NCBI GenBank assembly: GCA_965655095.1
Contig: OZ296659.1
Location: 26,040,001 to 26,104,000, forward strand
Source: Haplodiscus bocki
Taxonomy: Eukaryota
Length of the DNA stretch: 64,000 nucleotides
Reading direction: 5' to 3'
Shown: one piece after another, positions 26,961 to 41,120 of the stretch
Layout of the letters: each line of letters opens with the position of its first letter
Position numbering within the stretch: the stretch's first letter is position 1
Made by a program: the position numbers and the translations under genes
The notes under the pieces: model-generated
Databases searched by the model: none
What the model saw: only the letters and a program-made list of their open reading frames with translations
What the model was told of the DNA's origin: nothing

Positions 26961-27533
26961 TGTGAAAAATGAGGCCTACTTTTTTTCATTCGTTTTCTGT
27001 TTTCTTCTTTTTTCCCCTGTTTTTTTGTGCGCTATCCTAAGTTTAACCAGTGTTTCTTTCGATTGACGTAACTCTGGTTACTGTCCCCACTATGACTTGT
27101 TTTTGCTCTGGAGTACAGGTCTTCCCTCTGTGAGTAGTTTCATTTTCTTCATCATGATAAATCTAAATTTCCAAGTCTTGCCCTCCAACAAAAGACAAGG
27201 AACAATTAGAACGCCCAGCCAATTGGAAGGAAGCAAGCACGTGATTTATTCATATCTTTGGCAGAAACGCAAGAACTCAACAGTCACAACCCTTCAGGAA
27301 GCAACGGTGAAGACCTGAGAAGGCCTCAACAGAGAAGGCGTCGTCAGTATATGTACCAGCAATCGTCAGTAAATGTATATCAAAACTTTATAATCTATCT
27401 CTCTCTATCTCTCTCTCTATTTATCTATCTCTTTCTCTTTCTCTGGCTCTCTCTCTATCTATCTGTCTCGTTCTCCGTGTAACTGAACCCATCTATAAAT
27501 AAAATATTTTGAAGTCTTGATCACTTGGTTACA
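26961..27533 (+). repeat. LTR-like repeat, copy 1 (TG...CA), with CT-rich microsatellite
   Basis: Colinear similarity to 42333-42812 (e.g. TGTGCGCTATC, TTCTTCATCATGATA, CCCAGCCAAT, ATCAAAACTT). Contains CCAAT and AATAAA. Confidence 0.7.
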
Positions 27534-27799
27534 AAATTTTGCTTCGACTGTTGCGGGCAAACTAGTGTGTTCTTCGTTGAGAAGTTAAATTGTCTCTTCC
27601 TTGATCACTATCGGTTCGCTTAAGGTGACAGTTCTGTGTGGTGATTGAGTAACCAAATATTCTTTTTCTAATGTAGGTTTTTCGTTAGGAGGCTGTTGCT
27701 GACGTCCTTCCGAAATCCTAATCTATTGTCTGAGTCCGCTGTTTGAACGAAATTTTCTCCTCATGACGATTCAGAAACAACAAACTTGGCAGACTTATC

Positions 27800-29580
27800 G
27801 ATATTTTGTGTATGTGGGCGTGGTTTATTCAGTTTGGAGATTCAGCTTGGTTTGATCGCTGGGCGGATGAGATATTTGTCTCTTCAGCTTCGTGCACTGC
27901 AATGGCAGCCTACTGGCGTTGTTGAATCCGGCTAAAAACCCTCCGAAACGTTCGGTTCTCTTTTGGGTTGTGCATATCGTAGAGAAAGCTTTGACTTGCA
28001 CACGCTGCCTTTTTTGTGTCCGCAGTCCCTTGCAGAGGCGGAAAGTCTGGTGCGTGCGCAATTGTTGGATAGTAAGTTTCGATTGTACATTGATTTTTCG
28101 GTTAAAACACCTTTTTTACCGATTGAGGTTGTGCTGAACCCTCACTTTTCTTTGTTCAGCGCTCTGAGGTTTTGTGTCTCTTCTTGTTACAATAGAAGCA
28201 CATTTCTGGTACTTTGGTCGACGTCAGCCGTCCAATGGTTTGTCTTTCTGTTTTCGTCTGCTCGGTATGTCTGTTTCAGAAGACATATGAGTCAACGGAT
28301 TTAGTTGATGAGTCAGTATCAACTGGAATTACTGAAATTCGCGCTGTATAAAGTCGTTCAATTTATATTTTCACGCATCGGTTTTTCCAGCCCTGCTGTG
28401 TTCCTGCTGTATTTGGATTGACAGTTTGCCGAAAAGGAATGCGGTGAGATACTAGTTTGCTTTTGTCCCAAATGCCTAGTTTCCGGTGTTTTCGAGTGTC
28501 TTCAAAGTTTCGCTGACTCTTTTTGTCCATGGTCAATACTTGAGTTGATCCCGTCTAAATCACAAGAATTCCGCGAACACCTCTTACGCGTACTTTTCTC
28601 AGAGTTTGGCATGGACATCCATGAATGTCGTTAAACAGTCGTTTTGCAGTGTTTGTTAAACTTCGATGGCGTCATCTCTGAGTAGACAAAGGAAAAAAAG
28701 TCGCCTCTTTTTTTCTGTAAGCTTGTTCTGGAATGGTCGGATGGGATTTAGAAGGAGATATCTAAGTTCGTTTTACTTGTCTACTTTGCTGTTGAAAACG
28801 ATACCTGGATCTGCAACACTTTCATTTGGGTCTGAGTTGTGTTAATTCGTCGTGAAACATCTGTGACGTCAGCCATGACTTGCCTCATCTGGTTGTCTGA
28901 TTCACTGGTGGATCCATCATCTGGAGCCATGCGTTGTAGTCGCCGGTATGGGTGTTGCCGGCAGAGGATGTTGTACTCTATCGATGCTGAGTACATGTTT
29001 CGTGGAATGAGTTTTTAAGAGTTCCTGTTGTCATGTCGCAGCGTGCATGTCTAATAGCTCCTATCACTATGACGGAATGTTGACCCAACGATCTCGGTCG
29101 TTCAAACTTTGCGTTTTTGATTGAGCGAGTCGATTTCTTTTTGCTAAGTTATCTCAATGATTGGAATAACGTTTCTAACTGTGTAGCTATTTGGAATGCA
29201 ATTGCGTCTATCTTTCTGTCGATTTCTTTTGAAAACCTTTCTTGCTCCATTAATTGTCAATTCAAATTGTCTTCTCTTTCACTAGCTGACTCACCCGAGT
29301 CATGGCGCCACCAATTTGGACGAAATGTCGGCGTTATGTTTTTTTCTCACATGTTTGTTTTGTAGTGGTTCGAAATCACAGAGAAGAGATTTAGTGTCCG
29401 AACTCGAATCAAACATTTTTTTATCCACGGCGATAAGAATTCTGGCAAGGCAATGTTGTTTGTACAACATGATTGACGTATTGGTACAGCAATCGGGTGA
29501 ACTGTAATCTCGATCATCGGTTGTTACGTTCTCTGTCGCTTTTTGATCTCTCATGAAGCTTAATTATAATTGGTTACATG
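27800..29580 (-). mobile_element. Gypsy-type LTR end, PBS-like site and gag remnant
   Basis: Minus strand: MEQERFSKEIDRK.., LTR-end/PBS-like CCGTCA|TAGTGATAGGAG at ~29070, RPFQNKLTE..LLRDDAIE, AFLFGKL. Similar to the gag at 51555-51740. Confidence 0.65.
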
Positions 29581-30499
29581 ACCACTTTATCACCTGCTGA
29601 TTGGCCTGGAGAAACTAAGTTTTTGACATCAAACATTAGCATTTTTTCCAAACGAATTAGTCAGTGAACCAGTGGTGTTTTCTTTAAAACTCTTTTTTTG
29701 GTGCAGTTGTTGGATTTTGAACAAACGACGAAAATTGTGTTTCACATCGTTTATTAAACGTTTCTGAACATCATCAGCACTGATTTACGAACTTGAGTTT
29801 TAGAGTTTTTTTGGTCTGTCCCAAATAGTTGACATCAAGATCGAGTTTTCATGTTCACGTTTGTCAATTTTTATGCGACGTAATTTCTACTGCCAAAGTT
29901 CATTGAGCTCCTTTCTTCCCGTTGCTTTTTTTACCTAAAAGTTTCGGACGGTTTAGTAAATTTTTTCATCTTGTCTACCTGAGTATAATGGTAAGCACAC
30001 TGTCGGGACGTTAAAATTGTGTTCACTTCAAGCTTTTTCTTCATCTCCTACTTACTGTACATTTGGCCTAGTCGGGAGGACTACAATGCATTTCTGGTTT
30101 TTGTTCCCAACTGCGAGCTTCATTCAACGGAATACTTGCTGCAATCGGTGCACGGGTTCTTTCGATGTTTGACTTGTCCATACTATCTTTTTGTTTTTGT
30201 TTGTACAGGCTTTGTAATCACTAGCAGGTGTTGTGTACGGTCTTTTCTCAAATAATAGTCCTGGTTAGGGGCATCTGCAGTCTTGTTGTTGCTCATTGGG
30301 GATGTAGACGTATCGACTCAACCAACTGGTGTTTTTTTGGTTCGAATGCCATCATTCATTTAATTTACTCTTGTTGTTAATGTGAGGGGGTTGGAGTTAG
30401 GGAACTTTTTGGCTTCTTTATCGGCTCATATAGTTTGCTACAATAAATATTGAACTTCTGGGTAATGCTAGATAAAATGAAGGGTTCAATACAGGACCT

Positions 30500-33400
30500 T
30501 GGCTAATTGCATATTGCCATTTACGTATTTTTCCCCTCACCCGAGCATGCCTTCTTCAACTCTTCAAGGGAACAGCCAAAGAAAAATTTAAATCAGGTTG
30601 TTCGTCAATTGACAAGCTATATTCATATTGGGGGATTTGGGGATTCTGATCGACATCAATATCTTCGATTCTGTTTTAACGGAGTTTATCTTTTGTTAGA
30701 CCTCAATTCTGAAGCTATAAGGAGTGACCACGATGTGACCCTTGCTGCACTCAGAGACACGAACTTTAATAAGCAACGGAAAAGAAGCCATCAGATGGAA
30801 CGGACAGATCGCAAACACTTGCACTTGCAGCATACACAGATGCTGCTGCCTGTTCTGTGGCGGCAAGACGGCCAGCAGTTGCTACAGAAGATCGATCGCT
30901 CGAGCACAATCGCCGAGGACGCCAATTTTTATAAATGTAATGCCCGTCAATTGAAGCGTCTTTTGCTAACCCGGCCCGATGATAGAATCATAGGAGACCT
31001 GTGTACTAAATTTGCCAGTCACAATATTGATGAAAGATTAGACTCAGAAGAGAGAACACTGAATTAAATGAAGTTAGTTCGTTTTCCAGTAAAGACCTCG
31101 TCTCCAGAATCCAAGGTTAATTGAAAGCTGATGTTTACCCAAAATGAAAACAAGCAGTCTGTCGAAGATTCTAAAGGTCTGACCAAGCACTTGCCACCAA
31201 CACTTAATCACATTGCTCATGGTACTCAGAATAGTAGGTGATCAGGAGAGCAATCAGAAAGTTAAAAGAAAGTAAACGTAGTCTGAATCGACGTTGAGAC
31301 ACCTTCCATCAAAAAAATTCAGATGAATCAGACGTACGACTCCAGTCAACAGATTTCTCAACCAGAGTTTCCATACCTCGACAAGAGAAAAGAGGTCCGG
31401 AACGCAGAGACTACATAAGCCTCAAAATAACCACTCAACCTCTCTTGTTTTCATCTCCCTAATTCTCTATTAAAACTCATGCTTCGCAGTCTCCCACTTA
31501 ATTGTTCTCTGTATTACTTCAATTTCTTTTCCAATATAGAAGCCATATCAAAACAGGAGCGCTTTTTAGTGCTACGCCTTTTTCGAGTTTTCAGAAGCCG
31601 CAACCTACTACTCCTAAATATATAATGCGTTACAACCGAGCTATAAACACCGTGAAAGTTGCAAATGTTCCTACTGTAACTACCATTGTATCTTTCGAAT
31701 TTCCACTTAAAGTGGCCAATGGAGTTGTTCTTGAAACTTCTATACCGCTCCAAACAAGGAATCAAACTTATTTAGGTTTGTCTTTCTTCGAAAAAAAGGT
31801 TTTTTTTTCAACTAAAATTAAGAGTATTAGACTTTCCTAATCATACTTTGCGATTGATTGAACGCATTCACAAAGATCGTAAGTTTGGTGCACTCACAGC
31901 CAAAGAAAACTCTCTTCCTTGGATTACCAAATCAATTGCTGTGCATTCTAACAGCACAAAAGTTGTTTCTTGCTTTCCAGTAAAGGGTTCGTAACCCAAA
32001 GATTTTGCTGCTTTTAATGAACCAGTTACAAGAAGTGAGAATGCAGCACTTCTGTGCGTCACTAGCGCAATAGTCACAATAAACGTTTCGGAACACAAAC
32101 TTTTAGCACTCTTGAATGTAATTTCAGATGAAGTTATCGTAATCAAAGGCACGTCTGTTGCCGGCCTTAGGAAACTCACAGCGGAAAAAGCTCAGTACTT
32201 TGAGCCATTGAGCCCAGAATTGTTTCTTTTGTTTTTTTTCAACTTGAAAGTTATGGGTATTTTCAGGATTCCAAACAAAAGGTCTACCCTTCTACAGATG
32301 AACTCGAGTTTCTCACACCCGAAAATTGTGCTATACCGGAGTCTTTGACAAAAGTCCGTCGTCGCACATACTAAAAAATCATGAAAGTGGAAGCTGAAGA
32401 AAACCTTGATCCAAGTCACAGGGGAAAGGATCGGCTCAGTTTTTGATGCCAACCAAAAATGTACTGTATAGTAGTTTTTTCTGAAATATCATTATGTTAT
32501 TGCGCGTCATCGACTTGATGTGGATACGATTGAAGAGTATGAAGTTAGAGTTTCGCTTACACAATGACGCACTCTATATTCACGGCCCTTTTACTTTTTT
32601 TCATTGCCATAATGGAGTTTTAGTTGAATCTGCCCTTTTAAGCATTGCAAACTAAAACCTACACACCTATTCCAAAAACTTTACGTCAATTTTCGCCGTT
32701 CAAAATCAATCAGATCAGCTGAGACCATTGGTGGATCTTTGAAAAAAAAGTCTTTCGAGCTGGCAAAGTTTTTGATAAACTCAACATTCCCATCACTAAG
32801 CCAGCAAATCTCATTGCACCTGTTGCCAGTAAAAAGTTTTTTTTTGCCAAAACTAGACTGTAGTGAAGCGTACTATGTGTTGCACATGACAGACTCTTTG
32901 TCTGGTCAGGTACAGTCCCCTGATTGCTTATTACGATCTGCCGTTTTTCGTTAAGCGGTACGACTGAGACACAATTGGAAAAACTTCAATTCTTTTTGCG
33001 TAAAAACCTCTCCCCATTTACTGTAGCATACCAATGCTTCCAATACATAGATGATCTTGGCACAGCCACTAAGTCTTTTGACGACTCTTTCAATAACCTC
33101 AAAACAAATTCTGTTTGTGTTGCTAGAGTTTGACTTAAGTTTACTCCTTTCAAATTAGATTTTGTTGTGACTAAAACGAAGTTCCTAGGAAGCACTCTCA
33201 TATATCAATAGCTATGGAGGTATGACATTGGACAGGAAATTTTGTTCGAACTCTCTGTCCACACTCAAAGACCTCAGAAGCCAAAACATTTCTGCAAATT
33301 TTTTATTTCTTTCAATTTTTTTGTGTTTTAACACCTAAACTAGGAGAAAAACTTTTGCACTGCTTCCAATTGCTCTGACAAAAAATGAATCCGTTTTGAC

Positions 33401-35250
33401 TGTTGAATCTCGCAGCTTTTTGATGAAGTACGAAAAGACTTGAAACAAGCTTGAAGTTTGTGGTTGAGCTTCCCAAATGCCACTGCGCAACGCGTAGATT
33501 TGACTCGCGCCAACTTTTTGGCTGCCAGCTACGTTCTAATACTCGAACATTACATTGTTGACCAATCACGTCAATCGTTCAAGACTTTTCAACTTGTTTC
33601 TTTTGGCACCCGGACTTTCATACCAACATATCCTAAACTTCCTATAAATTCCAATGTGTTTTCAGCTGTTCACTTCGTCTCTGATAAAATTGTCTACAAC
33701 TTTTAGAGCTGTACTTGACCAGTTTTATTCTTTCATTCGAAATCTCTTGTACGATATGTACAATCAAACATGGGCATGCAAGTCATTGAAAATTTGTGAA
33801 GGCCGTAAAATATGATTGTAACCTCTTTTCCATCGAAAGAAAATTTCAGGTTTTTTCCACGAAATAAACACTTTACCTGTTCCAATTTTTTTGATGAGAG
33901 TAAAATACCATTAAAATTGACTCCATTGAAAGTCCGTGAAGAACAACAGAAAAAATCAAACATCCGACTTGTGCTTCATTGCTTGAAAACGCAACCACCG
34001 TTACACGCTCCATCTTTGGACTCTGAATTTCAAAAAAAACTCAGACAATTTCAACGATTAGACGTTTCACAAGATGTCCTATCTCGTAATTTTTCTGACC
34101 ATACAGGTAAAAAAATTACTCGGAAATTTTTATTCCCAAAAATCTACATTCTGAGCTCCTACGCCAAATCCAATACGGTAACGTCGCGGGACACATTGGT
34201 ATCACAAGAAAGGCCCCAATTTTCGGAGAAATAGTGTTTTTTCTTTTTTTTTGAATTCCCAACTAACTACTTTGAAATCGGTCTTCATGCTTACAAGGCA
34301 AACCCGTAAAACACGCCAGATTGAAAGCACCCTTTTGTCGATCGCTGTCAATAAATTTCATACAGGAGGTTTGTTCCAGATTCTTTCAGCTGGTACAATC
34401 ATGGATTCGGGTCGCTCCACTCACATTTTGAATGCTGATTAAATTTTCACTTTTTTTGTGACACCCTTACCAAATGCAAGTGCTCTTGATGTCACCAAAG
34501 AAATTTTCCTAAATTTCGTTGGCACGTCCTCTAATCTCGAGACTATTCTTTATGTTTTGGAGTCAGCTTTCACTGCGAAATTAATGAGTGATTTTTTTAC
34601 AATGATCGAAATCACATTTGAATATGCTAGTTTTAAACATCCACAACTTGTTGGTGCCGTCGGGCCCACCCATGCGTCTTCCAAACAGTTTCTTTGCCTT
34701 TACTAAAAAAACTGACTATGATTGGCACTCCTATGTGGACCTAGCTATTTTTGTTCGAAATGATTCATAACAAACTTCAACAGGGTTTGTTTCCCCTACT
34801 TAAGAGTTTCTTGGTCGTGAAACTATCAAACTTTCTGAACTTTTTATACATTAAGACTTATCGACATTCTTGAAACCAAATGCGATTGCACCCGTTGTTT
34901 GCAATATCGAAATACTGGAGTATTTATTGCTTTGCTTGATTTTATAATCACTGCATAACTAAAACACCGTACTCTTTATGACCATAAAACAGAAGCAGCC
35001 TCTTTAACGAAATACAAGTTTATTTTTCAATAAACCCGAAATTGTCCAATGTGAATCCTCATATGCATAAATACCTCACCAAATGTTTTCCGTTTTACCG
35101 TGTTCAACAAGTGCTCACCAATTCTAACTACCTAAGTCCTAAGGTTGGCATTATATACACACAATGCGTTCAGCGCATTTGACTGCGTCCTATTACTGCA
35201 GAGGATCAAATTGACATTATTCCCAACTTCATCAACAAAAACGTTTCCCT
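30500..35250 (+). pseudogene. Decayed Gypsy/Ty3 gag-pol
   Basis: RT motifs KLDCSEAY and FQYIDDLG, RNase H AASYVLILE and FGTRTF, and integrase C-terminal KVGIIYTQCVQRI; RT-RH-IN order. Confidence 0.85.
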
Positions 35251-37899
35251 GATTCAAAAACACGTAATTTTCCTGAATTTTCTTTGTCTGATAAGACACT
35301 GCCTCTTTTTTTGAAGGACAACTCTGTTACCCCACTTGAGGATGTTTTTGATGTTTCTAGTGTGTTGTTTTACTATTTTCCGCGACGTGCGGTACCTTCA
35401 CCACCCCAGTTTCTCAGGTCGGTCCTAATGCTGAAGAACTTACACGACAACCACTTTTAATCCACCACCCTCAGCCACTAGTTCCTTCAACGGATTTTCC
35501 ATTTAGTAGCTCCTCTCAGCTTGATTGCATTATTTCAAATATGAACGACAGTACTCATCTGTCATCCTCAGGACCCGAAAAGCGCTCCTTGTCAGTTTTC
35601 TTGGTCCAACACCCTTATAACGAATTTTCACCCCTTTAAAATTTCCAAATTTTTCGCCTCTACCAGCAACGACGTTTTTTACCAAGTCCGATTGGATCAT
35701 CTCTGGTTTGTCCTCTTCAAGTTTTTCGAATTCTCTTTTGGCTTGAATGGACAAGTATTTGATAGTATAATGATCCTACTGCTGTACACTCTACTTTAAT
35801 CAATTAAAGCTACAAGTTTCAAAATGTCATCCATAGTGTACGTTTACCTTCGACATTCCATCCTCCCAGATTTCGCATACCGCAAATTCTCACTCCTATC
35901 TCTATTCCGCATTCTTCACCGAACTTCATAAAGTCCGATACCTTCCTCGGTTGTTTGTACCTCAACACCCCCTACCTATCCTCCCCAATCAATACCAAAC
36001 ACCAAACTGTCCGATACCCTCCTCGGTTGTGTGTACTTCACCACACTTCTTGGATACAGCTATTTTTGCGCATTTTGATGACAAGGCCTTTCTTAACCCC
36101 TCTATTTCTTCTTCGTGTAGAATCCGTCCTTTTCATGTTTTCTGGCTATAGCTACAACGATTTTTTCCCAAACCGTTAATCGCAACTCTTTTTAATTGCT
36201 CCTTTTCTCGAAATTTTGTTTTATTAACCCTCAACTTTAGAGTTAGAGTCGTTTTTTTGCGACGAAGTGCTGAAAATTTCCAATTCGTCTCCTTTTTCAA
36301 TTTGTTTATTTTAGACTTTGTAACCTGTTTTGCACCGAATTTAGCCAGTTTGCTTGTGTTGGCTTCCATGTTTCCTGAATTACCAAATTTATCATTAACA
36401 CTTTCTGTTGTTTTTACTTCAGGTGTTTCACACTTCTATCGCTTTCGTTTGTCCGACTTAACCCCAAATACGTGCCATTGTACATCTCGAAAAGTGCTCT
36501 CACCATCTTGGAATGGTGCTACCTTGACAATATTTGAGCTGACGAACCCTTTTATTCCAAGAAATTGACATATTCGAAGGTTAACTTAGAAGTACCGTTC
36601 TTTGGGTGAAAATTTAACCTTTCCTTCTGACCATGGAGTATTTCAATGCTTTTGCCCCATGCGGACCTCCATGACCCTGAAACTTCAACACTTCGCTTTT
36701 ATTTTAATTTGGTACCGTAAGATTCCATTCTTTTGGATTTTTACGCCATTTTTCATGTTTTTTCCTCCCGAACTTTGACCAGAAATTGCAAAGTTTCTGG
36801 ACATTGTTGGAACTAAACCAAGTTTTTTTGCTTCTAGCGGGATGTGGAGCAGCCTCCTACAACAACTTGCTCAACTTGTCTTTCGATTGGATCCACTTAT
36901 TTCCCACGATGCCACCTTGTATGTATCACCCTGTAAAATAACGGATGAGATTCGGAATAGTCATCTCTTTCCAGTTCAAATTTGATTTTCTGTACTGAAA
37001 TTTCTGTTTACCACCTTTCCAGAGAAACTGGGTTTGGCTCACAAAGGATGTGACTAAATTGACCGCGGACGTTTTGTTTGAGGAACACCCCACCTCGTCC
37101 GCTGCTCTCTTTTCTTTCGGATTGAATCCGGGCAGCCGGGTTCTAGTCTTTTGCAAGTTTGTGGCTTTGTTTCTTTGTAGCAACCATGCCATAGCTAAGA
37201 CTGGAACAGACACAGTTTGCTCGTTTTTTTCCTTCCTTATCAGTTGTTTTTTCACGTAATCTTTATTATAAGCGCTGCTTCATTGATTGACACAGTTGCT
37301 TTTGTTTATTATTGAGCTGGTAAGGTACATGATTGCTCGGTGAAGTCCCGAAAAGCTCTTCACATAGTTCCTTGAACGTTAAATCTTTCACAACTTTCTT
37401 TCAAACCACCCGCAATGCCTTGAATGTCTTCACGTGATTGCCACTATGGCATTGTTTGAAAATTTTATAACCCCTTCTTTTCGATTTTCAACTAATACCC
37501 TTTTCTCATATACTCTTCTTTTCTTGTCTTTTTCTTAATCTGACTTCCTTCCCACGAGTAGATAGTACATGGATGAGAAAAAACATTCTGCTCCGACCTC
37601 TGCTAGCTTTCCCACGGGTTCTTTCTTCATAGGATTGTCCAGCTCTTGACTACTTCCACCTGTTCTTCTGGACGTGGTTTCATCGCACTGACAAGTGTAC
37701 ACGAAATTTCAACTCAATTGTATCCGCTACGCAAATGAAACTTTCCAATATTTTTGACTCTGCTTGATCAATTTCTTCACAAAGCAGATTGAACAACTTC
37801 TGATGTGCTTGAAAACAAACCTTTTGATATTCGTTTTTTATTTGAGTCCCTGTTCAATTTTTTTACTTCTGTCAAAAATATTGCAGTGTTTACTCTTCT

Positions 37900-38300
37900 A
37901 CCATACCAGTGTATCCTCCCAGCGCTGTGGGAAAATCTCCTACTGCTAATGCGCCCTTTAGTAGTTCTATCCTTGTAAAGTTTCCCCTTTTCTCCTCCCA
38001 AAAGAACTTCTTTCAGGGAGTCATTCACTTGTTTATGTGTGGAGATAGCTCGCACTCCGATTCATTTTCTGTAAAACAGCCTCCCTTTCCACATCTCTAG
38101 ACTGCAACAAAGCTTCTTGAAGTGTTTGCAGTTGGCAAAAGTTTGAAGATTGTGTTGAAGTAATAATACATCATCTAGGATCTTCTCGATAGATTCTCTG
38201 GAAAAAATATGGATCTGTAAACTGAAATAAACGCATCCTTTTTGTTGACACGAAGCTACTTGCTAAGTTAGATCACCATCTTTGTCATCCATCAGTTGAA
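37900..38300 (+). pseudogene. Possible decayed P-loop kinase (deoxynucleoside-kinase-like) accessory gene
   Basis: SAVGKS (P-loop-like), FFQ, DSSHSD.F, VIIH.L and LLAKLDHH in dNK-like order; interrupted by stops. Confidence 0.3.
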
Positions 38301-39049
38301 AACTTTTTTGATTGAATTATACGAAATTCTTTCATTTTGGTTTTGCCTTTTTCTTGACATTTTCGCAATTCTCTTTCATTTATACTTACTTTTTTAGGAA
38401 ATCAATGAACAGAAATCTATACGATGCACAAATTGTTTTCAACACAATTTGAAAGGTTTCTATTTTCAATTTAGTTCCAGCTTCCTCAATGGTTTTAAAT
38501 GTACAATAGTGTTTCTTCTAACTGATGGGCAAAACTTCCAGACTACATATAGACAGTATATTTGGACTAATGTTAGGACTTCTATAGTCAGACCGAAGAC
38601 CACCCATTTTGAGTTTTTTTTGCCACCGCCCCACTCTTGTGTCGCAGGAAACGTTGGGTCTCTGTTCGCTTTAAAGGCGAGTAGTTGCCGATTCTCTGTC
38701 ACATATGTGCCCCTAACACAACATAACAGCATATGCTCCTTACTTTTCAGTGATCGGCAACTCTCTTTTCTTTTTCTTTTGATGTTTCCTTTTCTCTTTC
38801 AGCTTCTCTTTTTTTTCTTTTCTGATACATTTTTCAAATGCATGTTCCAATAGACTCAATTTGAAATTGTTTTGTGAAATTTGCTTTGTACTTCTGTTAG
38901 GTTCCTCGTAATTAGATAGATCAGCAGTATCAAAAGGCAAGCTGCGTCAGCAAACCAATCAAAGTCACAGCTTAAAATCACTGTTCAGAATGAAAATTTG
39001 AAATTAACATCCTTTGAGTATCCCTAGTTTGCATGTTTTCACTCACTTA

Positions 39050-41120
39050 CCTCTCAGGTGATTCTTTTCAAAAGAAAATGTTCCTTTTCTACCTTTCACT
39101 TGAAACTGCAAAATTACAGAGATATTCATGATCATACTTTCAATATAAAATATTGGAGTGTATTTTCCTATCCTTCTCTCACTAGCCTATATGCTTCGTA
39201 CAAAAACTATGTTTTTACGATTTGGCACTTAATATGGACTTATCAGAAGGAGAATCCTTTTTCACGGAGATGAAAATTTTTTTTGCTGAGAACTTTGTGA
39301 ACGTACAGTTTCTAGTTCCCTTCTCGACATTTGATGTTCAAACCCCACAAAACCTTCTTCGTTCGACTGACACTTCGGAGGAGCAGTAGAGTCTGACGAC
39401 ATACAGTTGCTAATTGAAGTTTAGCAGTCTTCGATAGAAAGGTTCAATGTTAACTGGCTCATTTATGAAATACAGATAAAAGCTGATGCTGCCTTATGAG
39501 ATTTGAGCTGACGTCAATGAAACTGTCCCCATTCTCCAACCCACACCAGGCTCTACTCGCCACGATCGTGTGAGACGTGGTACTGCTCTTGCTGTTTCTG
39601 CACATGGTGCTACTGGACTCCTCGACACTGGCCTTTCTATGCGTTCAGGAGACCGTGTCTTCAGTGGAGTTTTTGGCAATTGTCAAACTTCACAACGTTC
39701 TGCAACAATTTTCGGAGTGTTTGATTACGTTTCTACTCTTATGATAAATTTCATGCTCTGAATTGGGCAAGAAAGAACCAATTTTACTTTATAACTAATA
39801 AAATACGCACAATGCCTGAAATTCAGAACTGGATGATCAAAATCGAGACTGCTAATGGGTGAAACATTTCGGACCAAGTGGCTATCATTCAAGCGAATAT
39901 TCATAATATTCTTAACTGCTACCATTCTTTGTACTCTTGACAACTTATTTGCTACAAATTTGACACTGTTGCATCTTTGCTTTCTTTGTTTTACGCCTAA
40001 AATAAATCCTACTGCGGTGTTCTTTTTGCCAGCCAAACTAATATGTTGAAGAGTCTGACTGCGGTTCTGACTATATATGTTCCGATATCACTAGTAAGCC
40101 AAAACTCTGCTGAAATAGTTGTCAGCTGAGTTGTTTTCGGAGATTTGCGCGCAACCGATCGTTTAACTTTGGCCAGCATAACTGTTTCATGAAGTGATGC
40201 CTCTTCCGCGTGGATATTCAATGACAATGTCTTTATTTCTGACCTCTAACCAGACAGTCCTGATGACAGTCCAGACGATTTTTTCCCAATGCCACAATTG
40301 GACTGTCATTAAGCCCTACAAAAGGAAGTTGAAGCAGAGTATCTCGGTGTCTCAGAGGATGGTAGAGAAATTGCTTCAGTTTCGGAGACTCAGTAATAAG
40401 GCTGAATCAATTCCCCACAGTAAACTACTTGCCACGAAGGCTTCGTGACCAGGGGTCTTCTTTCACTGTGTCTCTCAGTTTTGGTTTCTGGTTATCTTGT
40501 CCAAGCTATGAAAGTTTGTGATATGAAACCTGTTATACTGCCTACCCAAGAACGAACAAGCAGTCTTCGCTTTGGAATGTGGCTCCTTCTCTCTGCTTCT
40601 GCAGAATAATCGTTCACGGAGTCCTTCAAGAGTCTTCGACCCCTGCTGGTACTGAGACCATCCCAGGTTGTCGTATCTGCTTAGTTAACCTTGCCATGGA
40701 AAACAAGTTACAGGACCCAAAATCAGAATTCTCTCGGATCTTCCATCGTGCAATCACTTGCCAGCCAACAGTTGCATGTAAATCTTCCAGTCCACTTGCT
40801 TCAAACCCTAATTCTTTGCCTTCCTTTGACTTTTTGCCGTCTTAGACTACGAAAACTCAAGCGTTTATTGCTCTTTAGAGATCTTGCAAAGATGAAAAGA
40901 AGTTTCTTCTACTTTCTTTTGCAAATGTTTTGGTCACTTTACACAAGATTGCACCACCCGCAGAGCTGGAAATGTCTGCAATGAAACTTTTTTTATTGGT
41001 TACATTTATTCGTATAATAATATTCGAAGAACCATGCATCTTTGTGTTCTTAGTTTTTTTTATTTCTATGCTCTTTCACGTTCTGTTTTCCCTCATATTC
41101 TTCAAATGGGCTCCGTAAAA
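39050..41120 (+). pseudogene. Decayed env-like class I fusion glycoprotein
   Basis: RVRR furin site (39567-39578) followed by G/A-rich GTALAVSAHGATGLL..FSGVFGNC, a Cys-rich GCRIC segment, and a hydrophobic C-terminal TM-like stretch at ~40980-41110. Confidence 0.7.
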
